Source: a virus | Reading direction: 5' to 3' (one strand) | DNA length: 44,722 nucleotides | IMG/VR virus record: IMGVR_UViG_3300045988_086091 | Shown here: positions 7,654 to 17,221 of the stretch, one piece after another | Layout: each line of letters begins with the position of its first letter | Position numbering within the stretch: the first letter of the stretch is position 1 | The notes under the pieces: generated by a model | Database searches by the model: none | Told to the model about the DNA's origin: nothing | Seen by the model: the letters and a program-made list of their open reading frames with translations, nothing else | Translations under genes and position numbers: made by a program

Positions 7654-8340
7654 TTACCTCCTGTTTGCTCCGGTGATGATGATGTCCTCAAAGACGGTGG
7701 TCGCCACATAGAACCGGGCCGCCCCGCGCTGCGTGGTCGCCTGCCGGATTTTGGCCGTGTGGTCTGTCTGCTCAAGGGCAGCGATACCGAGATAGCTGCG
7801 GCCGCGCCCGCTCTGGTAGGTTCTGAGGAAGACGCGGGTCCCCACCCCCGCCGCCGCGATACGCTTCATCAGCTCGGCAATGAGAGGGGCCGCCTCCAGG
7901 CGCTCGGCGTCCAGAATATCTTCATCCACGTAAATCCAGATTTTCGCCGGGAAGAGCTCTTGTACCTCGATCTCGGAGGCGTCCACGTTGAACAGCGAGG
8001 CCGCCGCCGTGATGATGGTGTTGATGTCTCCGCCTGAGAGCAGCGCAATCATCTTGACCTTGATAAGAAGGCGGTAGAAGGTGTCGTCCGCACCGCCACG
8101 GGCAACGCCGAAGTTGGCCCCGTAGCGGTCCAGGACGTCCCCGACCGCATTGTCGATGTCATCCCATAGCTTGAGCCGGTCGGCGTTCTCGTGGATGATC
8201 TCAAGGCCCCAGGCAAGGGTCCCGAAGAGGCGGCCGATGTTGGTTTCGAGGGGGAGGCTGTGGCGGTCGTTCCTCATGTCCTGCCGGGCATAGGCGCCGG
8301 TCAGGTACTCCAGCATTTGGGACAGGTGTCCGTAGCTCAT
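7654..8340 (-). CDS. Baseplate/tail protein, Mu gp48 / XkdU-like (DUF2313-type)
   Basis: Position directly after the baseplate J gene, with ATGA coupling. Confidence 0.65.
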   Translation of the reverse strand: MSYGHLSQMLEYLTGAYARQDMRNDRHSLPLETNIGRLFGTLAWGLEIIHENADRLKLWDDIDNAVGDVLDRYGANFGVARGGADDTFYRLLIKVKMIALLSGGDINTIITAAASLFNVDASEIEVQELFPAKIWIYVDEDILDAERLEAAPLIAELMKRIAAAGVGTRVFLRTYQSGRGRSYLGIAALEQTDHTAKIRQATTQRGAARFYVATTVFEDIIITGANRR

Positions 8341-9530
8341 GCGCCCACCGCCTTTGTGATGGTGATTTTGCTGTTGTCCGTGACGGCCTTCTCCCTGGTG
8401 TCAATGACGATGTTGCCCTCTCCGTAGTCGCTGCCGGTTTCGCTGATCGCAAGATCGAAGTCCACGACACCGGGAACAGAGAGGATGACGTCAGGAAGGG
8501 TCATGTACCGCACATCGCTCCCGATGGTGAGGCCGCCGCGCACGTCACCGCCGATGTAGTCGATCAGCGCGGACTTGATACGGTCGTCCCCGTCCGCCGG
8601 ATAGTCCGTGTCAGTTTCCAGGTTGGACACCTGGATATAGACCGGGACCGTAGTCGGCCTGGAGAAGTTGATGTTGATACTCTGGCCGCTGGCGGCGATG
8701 ACGGCAATCGTGGTGCTACCGAATGTCTGGATACCGGCGGCCTTGCGCCGGAAGATCGCCTGGGCGATGTCTGCGTCCAGACCGCCGTAGACCACCGCCT
8801 CAATGCTGTGGGGAGGGAGGCCGAGGTCGTCGGTTTCGTCGGTGTCGTTCTCATAGCAGATCGCGGAGTACACGCTCTCGACGTTCTGCATGATCTCACC
8901 GGCGATGGCGTCGGCATTGACGCCGCCCGCGTAGTCCACCGACTGGTAGTATCGGTCCCGGAACTCTTCGTCGGTTTCCCGCCCCCGGCCTCCGTCGATG
9001 GCCGCCGGGTTAGAGCAGCTGCTCACGCCGTCCATGGGGTTTGTGATCTCCTTGACCGTGCCTGCGGCCACGTTGTAGTCGCCGCCCGTTTCCACGGCCT
9101 GGACGGGCAGGGTAACGGTTCCATCGTCCCCTATGCGCCCATCCGTCAGGACCGCATACTGGAGGCCGGCCACGGTGCGGACCAGGAAGCCCGTCGGAAT
9201 GGCCGTGCCTGCGGTGCCGGTAAAGACCACGTAGCCGCTCGCCTTCTGAGCTGGCAGCAGGCTCAGGCCGATTGCCTTCCCCAGGTTGTATAGGCTCGTG
9301 CCTACCGCCGTGTCGATAAACCGGCTGTTGTAGACGTCCTCCATGAGGCTGAACAGGATATTCAACATCCATGCGAAAATCCGAAGGAAGATCCCCAGGG
9401 GGGACCGGACCGTTAGGTTTGCCTTGCTACCGAACAGCTCCCGCGCTTTGTATTCGATGGCGTCCAGCAGCTCAACATAGGTGGGGCGATGGAAGCCACG
9501 CTCGGTTACACCCCACTCCTGATCGTTCAT
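8337..9530 (-). CDS. Baseplate J-like protein (Mu gp47 / XkdT)
   Basis: 397 aa. Position and size fit the conserved W-J-I gene order. Confidence 0.75.
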   Translation of the reverse strand: MNDQEWGVTERGFHRPTYVELLDAIEYKARELFGSKANLTVRSPLGIFLRIFAWMLNILFSLMEDVYNSRFIDTAVGTSLYNLGKAIGLSLLPAQKASGYVVFTGTAGTAIPTGFLVRTVAGLQYAVLTDGRIGDDGTVTLPVQAVETGGDYNVAAGTVKEITNPMDGVSSCSNPAAIDGGRGRETDEEFRDRYYQSVDYAGGVNADAIAGEIMQNVESVYSAICYENDTDETDDLGLPPHSIEAVVYGGLDADIAQAIFRRKAAGIQTFGSTTIAVIAASGQSININFSRPTTVPVYIQVSNLETDTDYPADGDDRIKSALIDYIGGDVRGGLTIGSDVRYMTLPDVILSVPGVVDFDLAISETGSDYGEGNIVIDTREKAVTDNSKITITKAVGA

Positions 9531-9901
9531 TCTGCGCTCACCTCCGTAGTGATGGTTCTGCCGCTCTGGAGGCGGCCAGTGACGGAGATTTCCAGGCCCC
9601 GGCCCTCAAGCTCGTACTCCACGCTGCTGACCTCGGCTACCTGCGGTTCCTGGAAGACGGCGGCCCGAATGACCTCCGGTACTTCGTCTTCCTCCAGGTC
9701 GCGGCGCTTGCGGCCCATAATGCGCTTGTACTCGGTCCCGTGGGTGGGGTCGAAGGGAAATTCCCCTTTGTAAACCTCCAGCGTCAGGCGGACGGCCTGC
9801 GCGGTGGTTTCGTCGCCGGATACCGTTTCCAGCACTCCGGCGTCATCCAGGATGATGTCCCTGCTGTCAGGGTCGATTTTCAGTGTCCAATTCTCATCCA
9901 T
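9527..9901 (-). CDS. Baseplate wedge protein (gp25/W-like, XkdS-like)
   Basis: 124 aa, immediately upstream of the J-like gene with ATGA coupling. Confidence 0.65.
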   Translation of the reverse strand: MDENWTLKIDPDSRDIILDDAGVLETVSGDETTAQAVRLTLEVYKGEFPFDPTHGTEYKRIMGRKRRDLEEDEVPEVIRAAVFQEPQVAEVSSVEYELEGRGLEISVTGRLQSGRTITTEVSAE

Positions 9902-9903
9902 GC

Positions 9904-10242
9904 TTACCCTCCGATCAGGACGTCCCCGCTACCAGCAGAGACGGCGCCGGTGCCGTTGTGGGCGGCCAGCGCGTCCCCTATGCGGGCAGCAGGTTTTCCG
10001 TTGATGTAGACGCTTCCGCTGCCCTGGGCGACGGCCCCTTGGCTGCTGCCGCAGCAGGCGTCATTTTCGGTTGTGGTGCTCCCGACGGTGGCCGCCGGTT
10101 GCCCGTTGATGAAGACATCTCCAGAGCAGCCGCCGGAGATGTTTCCGGTGATAGGAAGGGGGCCGTGCGGGGTGGCGTGGCCGGTATGCTCTCCGGCGGT
10201 CGTCCCCTGTATGGCGTCATTGAGCCTTGCAGCTCCAGGCAT
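9904..10242 (-). CDS. PAAR-repeat spike-tip protein
   Basis: Gly-rich repeats containing GQPAATVG and GKPAARIGD (PAAR motif). Follows the spike gene. Confidence 0.8.
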   Translation of the reverse strand: MPGAARLNDAIQGTTAGEHTGHATPHGPLPITGNISGGCSGDVFINGQPAATVGSTTTENDACCGSSQGAVAQGSGSVYINGKPAARIGDALAAHNGTGAVSAGSGDVLIGG

Positions 10243-10255
10243 ACAGACACCCCCC

Positions 10256-10792
10256 TCAGTTCAAGTTGACCGTGCCGCCGGAGGTCGTGAGGTCCCCGGT
10301 GATGGTGACATTTCCCTTGATGTCAATGCCGGTCTTGGTGACAGATAGGTAAACGCTGCCGTCTGGCGTCCCCAGGCAGAGGGTTCCCGACGGTAGCCCG
10401 GATATGGTGTTGCCCCCGGTCCTCACGCCTCCGAGGAAGATCGCGTCGTCGCCGCTGTGAAGCCGCTCCGTGTTTGGGTCAGCCTCCGCGCCGCCCGCGA
10501 TCACCGCGTCGCTGTCCCGGTCCAGGTAGACCACCACGCCGATGTCCCCGGCCTGGTAGACCGGCCGGACGACAAAGCCGCCCCCGTAGATCATAGCCAC
10601 GGGGACGGCCAGCACGGGAGGCTTCGTCTGGAAGGTGTCTTCATCCGGGTATCTGGTGATCGGCTGGACGTCTACGGTCATGGCGCTTTCGTCGAAGGCC
10701 AGGACCTTCACGATGTCTGCAACGCAGAGGCCGGCGGCCTCCGCCTGCTGCTTCGCGTCCTCGTAGGCCCGCTTTCGGTTTTGCCTTGGCAT
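10256..10792 (-). CDS. Baseplate central spike protein (gpV / Mu gp45-like)
   Basis: 178 aa with a beta-rich C-terminus (IDIKGNVTITGDLTTSGGTVNLN). Position between hub and PAAR genes. Confidence 0.65.
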   Translation of the reverse strand: MPRQNRKRAYEDAKQQAEAAGLCVADIVKVLAFDESAMTVDVQPITRYPDEDTFQTKPPVLAVPVAMIYGGGFVVRPVYQAGDIGVVVYLDRDSDAVIAGGAEADPNTERLHSGDDAIFLGGVRTGGNTISGLPSGTLCLGTPDGSVYLSVTKTGIDIKGNVTITGDLTTSGGTVNLN

Positions 10793-10806
10793 AGATCATT
10801 CCCTCC

Positions 10807-11652
10807 TTACGCCGGGCGCATTTCAAGCGTCGTCTTCCAGTTCCCTTTCGGGGTTCCGGTGTGCTTTCCCTTCGCAACGATGAACCGGCCATTGAGGGAC
10901 TTGGATTGAATGGTGATCTGCTCAGCAGGCCCGATATGGTAGTTGAGCAGGCACTCGCGGGTGACGTAGTTGCCTTCCTCGCTCTTAGTGCTTGAGCTCT
11001 TCTGACTGTCGCTGCCGACGGCCACGACGCTTTCCTCGACCTCATCTCCAGAGAAGAGAAGGCCGCTCTGAGGGGTCAGAACAATGCCGTTTGCGAGGCC
11101 AGAGGCCGGGTCGTTGATGTAGACGCTGCCGGTCCTGATGAGGAACCGGCTCTTGCAGTCGTTGACGACAATCTTCTTGAGCTCATCCTTGACCTTCCCG
11201 CTGCACACAAGGCCCCGGTCATAGACCTTGTTGACGGCGAGGGTAAACTCGCCGATCTCAAGGCCGAAGATGTTCAGTAGGTCGGACACGATCTCCTTTG
11301 CGGTGCTGCCCTTTGCATAGGTCTTGGACACCTTCGAGCTGAGCCACTGGTCCATCGCGGCGGTCGCGGATATTTCGGTGATCCACTCCGTGTTCTGGTG
11401 CTTGTGGCTGCACGCGGATACCTGGCCGACGAAGATTGCCCCCACGTCGCCCTCATAGCCCGCGTTTAGGATGATGACGTCCCCGCGCTTGATACCCTTC
11501 CTCGTGGCCTCAGACAGGTTATAAGCCTTGAATTTGGCCGTCTGGAGGGTGTCGCTGTCCTCGAACGGGACTTCAAACTCGAAGTACAGATCATCCATCC
11601 CATACCGCTTGCCGCCGATCTGGAGGCTTGCCTCTCTCATCCAAAAGCTCAT
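10807..11652 (-). CDS. Baseplate hub protein (P2 gpD / Mu gp44 / XkdQ-like)
   Basis: 281 aa. Assigned by synteny within the Mu-like baseplate module. Confidence 0.6.
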   Translation of the reverse strand: MSFWMREASLQIGGKRYGMDDLYFEFEVPFEDSDTLQTAKFKAYNLSEATRKGIKRGDVIILNAGYEGDVGAIFVGQVSACSHKHQNTEWITEISATAAMDQWLSSKVSKTYAKGSTAKEIVSDLLNIFGLEIGEFTLAVNKVYDRGLVCSGKVKDELKKIVVNDCKSRFLIRTGSVYINDPASGLANGIVLTPQSGLLFSGDEVEESVVAVGSDSQKSSSTKSEEGNYVTRECLLNYHIGPAEQITIQSKSLNGRFIVAKGKHTGTPKGNWKTTLEMRPA

Positions 11653-12005
11653 AGGCTCCCCTCCCGATCATACAGGTACAGTTTGACTTCCTCCCCGAAG
11701 TTCTCCCAGGTCACGGTGTCCACATCGTCGCCGGATAGGCAAAGAGGGATGATGACAGGAAGAGGGAACCGCTCATCCTCGATGGGGCCGAACAGGGGGC
11801 GTCCGTAGCGGATGGGGTCGCCGTAGGCCAGCACCTCGCCGGTGGCCGATACAGACAGGTCCACGGTGAAGAAGCCGCCCACGTCGTTGTAGCGGACTGT
11901 GAAGGAATAGGTCTTGTCGCTCAATCTGACGGAAAAGGTGTAGGGGATTTTGCTCACGTCGATGTCGATATACTCGACGGTCCTTCCAAGGTCAATAAGT
12001 TGCAT
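11649..12005 (-). CDS. Hypothetical tail/baseplate protein
   Basis: 118-aa ORF with SD AGGAGG and ATGA coupling to the hub gene. Confidence 0.6.
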   Translation of the reverse strand: MQLIDLGRTVEYIDIDVSKIPYTFSVRLSDKTYSFTVRYNDVGGFFTVDLSVSATGEVLAYGDPIRYGRPLFGPIEDERFPLPVIIPLCLSGDDVDTVTWENFGEEVKLYLYDREGSL

Positions 12006-12011
12006 ATCCCG

Positions 12012-12635
12012 CTACCTCCTTCCCGTGTTGGTGGGCGTGGCCCTTGACGTCGGGCCCGCGCTGCTGTCGGGCTTGCTGTTGAAGCTGTCCACATAGGAAG
12101 CATAGGCGCTCGCCGAAATGCTGGTGGATACTGTGGTCTTGAGGCCGTCCGCCCGCGTCTTCGCGGTCTGCGAGGACGTCTTCTGAACGGCCTTGCTGGT
12201 GCTGGCAGGCAGGGACGCGGCCGCAGCCGTGTCCTGCTCTACCATGGTGGACGTACCGCTCCCCTCAGAGCTCCCCAGGGTGATTTGCTTTAGGGTGGCC
12301 GTGAAGGAGAAGCCGGTCTTGTGGGCGGCATCGTGTGTGCTCCTGAGCTGCTGAATGACAAGGTTCTCAATCCTGTTTCGCCCGGTGTAGGTGATGATGT
12401 CCCCGGATTTCCACATCTTCTGGAGGGCAGAGATCGTGTCCGCGCCGTTGATCGCCACGCCGCTGATCTGGAAGCTGAGCGGTTGGTGGAAAACATGGTC
12501 CTGGATATTGGAACCGCCCTCCACGGGGTTGTCCGTGATCGTGCTGCTCCGGGTGACGTCCTCAGAATTGACGACGCCGGTTGTGGTGGGCTCAAAACGG
12601 ATGGTGCCGCATTTGCGCCCTTCGAGTGTATACAT
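12012..12635 (-). CDS. Tail/baseplate protein at the position of Mu gp43 / XkdP
   Basis: 207 aa directly after the tape measure gene, with a Ser/Thr/Ala-rich C-terminus. Ends with TAG. Confidence 0.6.
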   Translation of the reverse strand: MYTLEGRKCGTIRFEPTTTGVVNSEDVTRSSTITDNPVEGGSNIQDHVFHQPLSFQISGVAINGADTISALQKMWKSGDIITYTGRNRIENLVIQQLRSTHDAAHKTGFSFTATLKQITLGSSEGSGTSTMVEQDTAAAASLPASTSKAVQKTSSQTAKTRADGLKTTVSTSISASAYASYVDSFNSKPDSSAGPTSRATPTNTGRR

Positions 12636-12650
12636 ACTGCTGGCACCCCC

Positions 12651-15149
12651 TTACACGAAGCCCGCTTGCATAGAGCGGTCCGTATAGTCCTGCTCCTGGG
12701 CCTCTTGGTAAAGCTCGTTGAACAGGGCGCGAAGCTGCTCTTTGATGTTGGAGGCGGTGGAGGCGTCCCCTCCCGTGACCGTGATCTGCACGCTGGGGGA
12801 AAGAACGATGGACCGGCCGCCCTGGTTGTTGGTTACATTGTTGGTGTAGGACCGCATGAGGCGGTCTGTCTGATCTGCCGGTATGATGGCCGTGCCCTGG
12901 GGGAGGATGGCGAGCTCGCCGCCTTCCTCATTCATCCATGTGGGGCCGCCCTCGAAGTTGTCGGTGCCGCCTGCGTTGTGCGGAACATTGGCCCCCACCT
13001 GGATACTGGACGCCGCGCTCGCCTCACGGGCAGCAGCAGCGATCCGGTTGAACTGCGCAACGATGGAATCGGCTCCGCTCGCTGCGGCGCTCTTCATGGC
13101 AGCCCAGGCGCTTTCTGCGTCGGTCTGCATGGTGCCGTAGGCCGCCGTGGCCGAGGCGCCCATCGCCATGAAGTTTACGTCGGTGATCTCCGCCGCCTGG
13201 GTGGTGCTCTCTGTGACGGCCTCCGCCGTGGTGGTGGCCGCTCCGGTGACTTCCTCCTTGTACTGCGAAGTGTCCACAACAAGGGAGGTTTCCTTCCCCG
13301 CCGCTTCGTCCAGGCCGTTGATAGACCCGCTCAGGTCATTCACGGCCGCCTCACTCTCTTTGGCTCCGCCGAACAGGTTCGTAAAGAAGCCTACCACCTT
13401 GCCTACGCCGTCGGCCAGCCAGCCGACTACGGTCCCCAGGACGTCAGCGATGACGCCCAGGACGTCGCCTATCACGCTCAGCACAGGGCTCATCGCCTCC
13501 AGGATGGGGGAGATCAGGCCCAGCAGTTGCGCTATCGGCGGGAGAAGCGCCTCCGCGATTTTCTGAATGACAGGAACAAGGGGCTGAATGATCGACGTGC
13601 TCAGAGTGGAAAGAATATCCACAAGAGGCGGCATGACCGTCTCGGCGATCATACCCACGATATTTGCAACTGGCGGAAGGATGGTCTGTGCAAGCTGGCC
13701 GAATACCTCCAGGAGGGGTAGGCCTGCCTGGAAGACGGTCCCCAGGACGTCGGTCAGGACGGGCAGCAGGGTCATACCAAGCTCCGTGATGATCGGCATG
13801 GCCTGGGCGAGCCCGTTGCTCAGCATATCAACAAATTGCATGAGCATGGGCTCGATGGTGGGCCAGCTATCCAGGATGACGTTGAATAGGCTCTCGATTA
13901 CCGGCGTGAACCGGCTCCCGGCGTCGGCCATGAACTCGCTCCAGATACCCTTGAGGTCCTTTGTGCTGTTCACCAGGCCGCCGGTGCTGTTGGCCGCCGA
14001 CTGCTGGATTTTTTCGGTCTGCCCCAGCAGGGCGTTCATGCGGACCTGGGCCAGGGTAGCTTCGTCCATTTCGTCGATCTGGTCCCCCAGGCCCATAGAC
14101 AGAGCGGTGTTTTTGAGGGCCACGTCGTCAATGTGGACGCCGTACTCTTCCAGGGCAGCGGTGTTGCCGCTGATGTAGTCCTGGACCACGGCCAGGGCCT
14201 CGGCGTCGTCCATAGCAAATGCGTTGCCGAAGTCATACGCGAGGGAGGTCGTGATCTTGGATAGGTCGGTCGCTGCCTCTCCAGTGATACCCAGCTCGCC
14301 GTACATGGCCTTGTTGGATACCATGAAGGACTTGACCTCATCGGTGCTCCGGTGAACGGCGTCGGCGTAGTTCTCCGCCCACTCTGCGGCGTCCGTGCCT
14401 GCAAAGTTGGCGTCAAACTTGCGCCCCGTGCTCTCAGCAGCACCGGCGGCCTCCAGGGCAGCAGCGCCCAGCTCCTTGAGCATATCAATACCGGCCTGAA
14501 TGGCCTCGAAGCCGATAAAGGCAGCAAGGGCGCCCTTGATGGCGTCCTTGATCTGCGATCCTGCGCTGTCGCCCTCATCCCCCATGTCGTCGAGGTCTTT
14601 TCGGGCGTCGTCGGCGTCATCGCCCAGGCCGTTGAGCTTATCCGCTGCGGCCTCGATGGCCCCCAGGAATTTCCCCTTGATTGTGGAGATCGGATGAGTA
14701 AAGGCGGTGCCTATGCCCTTTATGCCGGTCTTGACCTTGCCGGTGAAGCCGGTGATCTTCTTTTCGGTGTATCCGATGGCTCCGTCGAAGCCAGCCTTGA
14801 TGGTCTTTGTAACGCTGTTGCTCTCCTTCGCAGCAGCGCCCATGGATTTCCCGACGGCGGACCCGAAGCTCTCGGCCTCACGGCCCATATCCCGGAAGCT
14901 GAGCTGGACGTCATCGGCTCCGTCGCCGAGGTCGTCCAGGGCGTCGTCGGCGTCCCTGGCCCCGTCCACAATGGCGTCTGTCCCTGCACGGAAGCGGGCC
15001 CCCATGTCTTGGGCGGCGTCTTCTGCGTCCTCCGCCGTGCTAGTGATCCGCTCCAGGCGGTCTATCGCGTCATTGAGCTTTCCGATGGCGTCGTCAAGCC
15101 CAAAATCCATGCCAAAAGTGAGCTCCCGGCTGTCTGCCACTGGCCCCAC
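12651..15149 (-). CDS. Tail tape measure protein
   Basis: 832 aa, Ala/Gly/Leu-rich and helical. GTG start behind AAAGGAGG. Lies between the chaperone and baseplate genes. Confidence 0.85.
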   Translation of the reverse strand: MGPVADSRELTFGMDFGLDDAIGKLNDAIDRLERITSTAEDAEDAAQDMGARFRAGTDAIVDGARDADDALDDLGDGADDVQLSFRDMGREAESFGSAVGKSMGAAAKESNSVTKTIKAGFDGAIGYTEKKITGFTGKVKTGIKGIGTAFTHPISTIKGKFLGAIEAAADKLNGLGDDADDARKDLDDMGDEGDSAGSQIKDAIKGALAAFIGFEAIQAGIDMLKELGAAALEAAGAAESTGRKFDANFAGTDAAEWAENYADAVHRSTDEVKSFMVSNKAMYGELGITGEAATDLSKITTSLAYDFGNAFAMDDAEALAVVQDYISGNTAALEEYGVHIDDVALKNTALSMGLGDQIDEMDEATLAQVRMNALLGQTEKIQQSAANSTGGLVNSTKDLKGIWSEFMADAGSRFTPVIESLFNVILDSWPTIEPMLMQFVDMLSNGLAQAMPIITELGMTLLPVLTDVLGTVFQAGLPLLEVFGQLAQTILPPVANIVGMIAETVMPPLVDILSTLSTSIIQPLVPVIQKIAEALLPPIAQLLGLISPILEAMSPVLSVIGDVLGVIADVLGTVVGWLADGVGKVVGFFTNLFGGAKESEAAVNDLSGSINGLDEAAGKETSLVVDTSQYKEEVTGAATTTAEAVTESTTQAAEITDVNFMAMGASATAAYGTMQTDAESAWAAMKSAAASGADSIVAQFNRIAAAAREASAASSIQVGANVPHNAGGTDNFEGGPTWMNEEGGELAILPQGTAIIPADQTDRLMRSYTNNVTNNQGGRSIVLSPSVQITVTGGDASTASNIKEQLRALFNELYQEAQEQDYTDRSMQAGFV

Positions 15150-15160
15150 CTCCTTTCTGC

Positions 15161-15197
15161 AAAAAGATAAGCCGCAGGGCTATCCACCCTGCGGCTT
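15161..15197 (-). terminator. Terminator-like hairpin between the chaperone extension and the tape measure gene
   Basis: Perfect 11-bp stem (15169-15179 with 15187-15197) and 7-nt loop containing the TAG of the extension frame. Followed on the - strand by AUCUUUUUG. Confidence 0.45.
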
Positions 15198-15359
15198 GCT
15201 CCACACTTCGTTGTAGAGTATGCGGGCCTGTATGACTTCCTGGTACTCTGCAAGGTCCATGGTCTTAAAATCATGGTAGGACAGGCCGCCCCCGGAGAAT
15301 ACCAGCACCCACATATTCCGGTTTCGTTTGGCCGCGCGGATGGCGCGGTCTACGTTGAG
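15180..15359 (-). CDS. Frameshift extension of the tail assembly chaperone (gpT-like part)
   Basis: 60-codon open frame in the +1 frame relative to the chaperone gene. It has no SD or plausible start of its own (NVDRAIRAAKRNRNMWVLVFSGGGLSYHDF...). Confidence 0.5.
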   Translation of the reverse strand, partial: LNVDRAIRAAKRNRNMWVLVFSGGGLSYHDFKTMDLAEYQEVIQARILYNEVWSKPQGG

Positions 15360-15360
15360 T

Positions 15361-15630
15361 TCACTCTCGAAGAAACTGCTCGATGGCCTTAATCAGCTTC
15401 TCCGGGGTCTTGATGTCGTCCTTCTCGTCGAAGTAGGAAATGCCCTCGGACTTGACCTCCGGGGGAGAGATCACCACGTTTCTGAGCATGGTGTCGATGT
15501 ACTTCGTGGTGTCGCGGCGACCGTTGCCGGTCATGCCGCAGTCGTCGTTGGCGTTGAAGTACCAGGTCGGAGAAACAGACTGGAGGGTGTACTCCTGATC
15601 GTTGATCTTGACAACTTTCTGCTTAGCCAT
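15361..15630 (-). CDS. Tail assembly chaperone (gpG / XkdN-like)
   Basis: Small acidic protein between the tube and tape measure genes. ATG at 15630. Confidence 0.65.
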   Translation of the reverse strand: MAKQKVVKINDQEYTLQSVSPTWYFNANDDCGMTGNGRRDTTKYIDTMLRNVVISPPEVKSEGISYFDEKDDIKTPEKLIKAIEQFLRE

Positions 15631-15709
15631 AAATTTTCGGTAGCCCCTTTCAGACAATGATTTCGGCCGGTTCGGCCAGTTTGGGTAGCCCTTCATGGGT
15701 CATCCCCCT

Positions 15710-16123
15710 TTAGCGGGGGACGACTGAGGGCACGTAGATGTTGACGGTGACGGTGCTCTGCTCCTTCTGGCGGGCAAGATCGGGCATTTTCATCACGCGG
15801 CAGTTATCCGCCGCCAGGGTGAAGGCGTCGGCGTCGTTCGCGTCAGAGATGTTGACGGAAACCGCCCGGCGCTTCGCCTCGATCTCCCGCAGATAGGAGA
15901 GGCTGGAGGACGTGGACATGAGGGTGAGGGCGACGGTGCCGCTCTCGTTGGCGTTCTCAGAGTAGGTGACGTCACCCTTTGCCCCCACAGAGGGGGTTAC
16001 GCTGTCCTCGTTCTTGGTGATCGTGACGATACCATCAGCAGCAAAGCCGGTGATGGTGCGCCCGCCCACAATGACAGTGACCTTTTTAGGGTCATAGCTT
16101 GCGATTTCAATACCTTTTGCCAT
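15710..16123 (-). CDS. Tail tube protein (XkdM-like)
   Basis: 137 aa directly after the sheath gene. SD GGGAGG. Confidence 0.7.
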   Translation of the reverse strand: MAKGIEIASYDPKKVTVIVGGRTITGFAADGIVTITKNEDSVTPSVGAKGDVTYSENANESGTVALTLMSTSSSLSYLREIEAKRRAVSVNISDANDADAFTLAADNCRVMKMPDLARQKEQSTVTVNIYVPSVVPR

Positions 16124-16142
16124 GGTGTGTTATCCTCCCTTC

Positions 16143-17216
16143 TTACGCGCTCAGGGTGGCCCGCAGCACGCCCTTGACCTTAACGCTGTGGACAGCGCCC
16201 TCAAGCTGAGCTTCCCAGGTAATGTCCGGCATTTGCCGCGCCCTGGCCTGCTCATCGGTGGCAGAGGCACGCTTCGGGACCACGACGGTATAGACGCCCT
16301 GGTCGCTCTCCGGGTCGTTTGCGATGATACCGAGCTCAACAGCGCGGTTGAGCGCAGAGTACACACCAGAGGCCACGAGGGCGAAGCCTTCATCGGTGTA
16401 GCCGATCTTGGCATTCTCCAGGAAGATTGCGTACAGGTTCTCGCGCATGGTCTTTGCGATGTAGTCGGCCCCCATCTGCACGTCGATGAACTCGCCGTCG
16501 GCGCAAACGCCGTTCTTGACGTACTCCTGTTTGTACTCGACGGTCAGGAAGTTCACGTTTGCCTCTTCCAGGGCATCGCGCTCAGCCAGGGTCAGGTCCG
16601 GTACGGAGATACCGTCCGGGCGCTTAAACTTCCAGGTCACGCTTTCGGGATAGAAGGGCCCCACGTTGCCCACGTAGGCGGCGTCAGGATACTCGTTGGC
16701 CTGGTCGCCATAGATCACGATGGCCCGGCGGTTGGTGATCTCAAGCTCCTTGTTCTGCGTGCGGCCGAAGTAGAGCTTGCGGTGATCTTCCTCACCGGCT
16801 CCGAGCTCTGCTTCGGTGGGCTCGGTGCCCTCAGCCCAGGCGGCCAGGGCTTCCACGTATTCGTCGCCGTCCTGATCGACAAGCAGGATATACCAGTCAT
16901 CGTCAGTCTGGCGCAGGGTTTCGATGGCGGTCACAAGGGCCGCCGCCTTCTCGGCGTCGCCGGTTCCGGTGAGCTCTGCGATACCGGCGATCTTCACCTT
17001 TCGGATGAGGGTATCGGCAAGCGTGCCGCCCTGGTCGAACAGAGCTTCGGCCATGGCCGCTACCTTCTTGCCGGTGTAGTCGGTCCTGATGACGTCGAGG
17101 TCCCGATAAATCTTTACGTCCTTCTGCCCCTCGGTGGAAAGCAGCAGAATGTCCAGGCTCTCGGTGCCGTTGGGCTTAGCGTCGATGTCAACGACCACAA
17201 CAACGTCTTTCGGCAT
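16143..17216 (-). CDS. Tail sheath protein (XkdK-like)
   Basis: 357 aa upstream of the tube gene. SD AAAGGAG. Confidence 0.75.
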   Translation of the reverse strand: MPKDVVVVVDIDAKPNGTESLDILLLSTEGQKDVKIYRDLDVIRTDYTGKKVAAMAEALFDQGGTLADTLIRKVKIAGIAELTGTGDAEKAAALVTAIETLRQTDDDWYILLVDQDGDEYVEALAAWAEGTEPTEAELGAGEEDHRKLYFGRTQNKELEITNRRAIVIYGDQANEYPDAAYVGNVGPFYPESVTWKFKRPDGISVPDLTLAERDALEEANVNFLTVEYKQEYVKNGVCADGEFIDVQMGADYIAKTMRENLYAIFLENAKIGYTDEGFALVASGVYSALNRAVELGIIANDPESDQGVYTVVVPKRASATDEQARARQMPDITWEAQLEGAVHSVKVKGVLRATLSA

Positions 17217-17221
17217 TCAAA

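Noticed and set aside
9904-10242. The PAAR protein as evidence of a type VI secretion effector locus
   Set aside because: It is embedded in a complete phage baseplate gene order and has no effector domain or T6SS neighbours.
12321-13721. Long + strand ORFs opposite the structural and recombination genes (12321-13721, 20053-21747, 23730-25064, 25117-26280 and 37283-39268, among others)
   Set aside because: They are shadow ORFs typical of GC-rich coding DNA. They lie antisense to genes with clear family motifs, have low-complexity Arg/Gly/Ala/Pro-rich translations, and lack SD sites.
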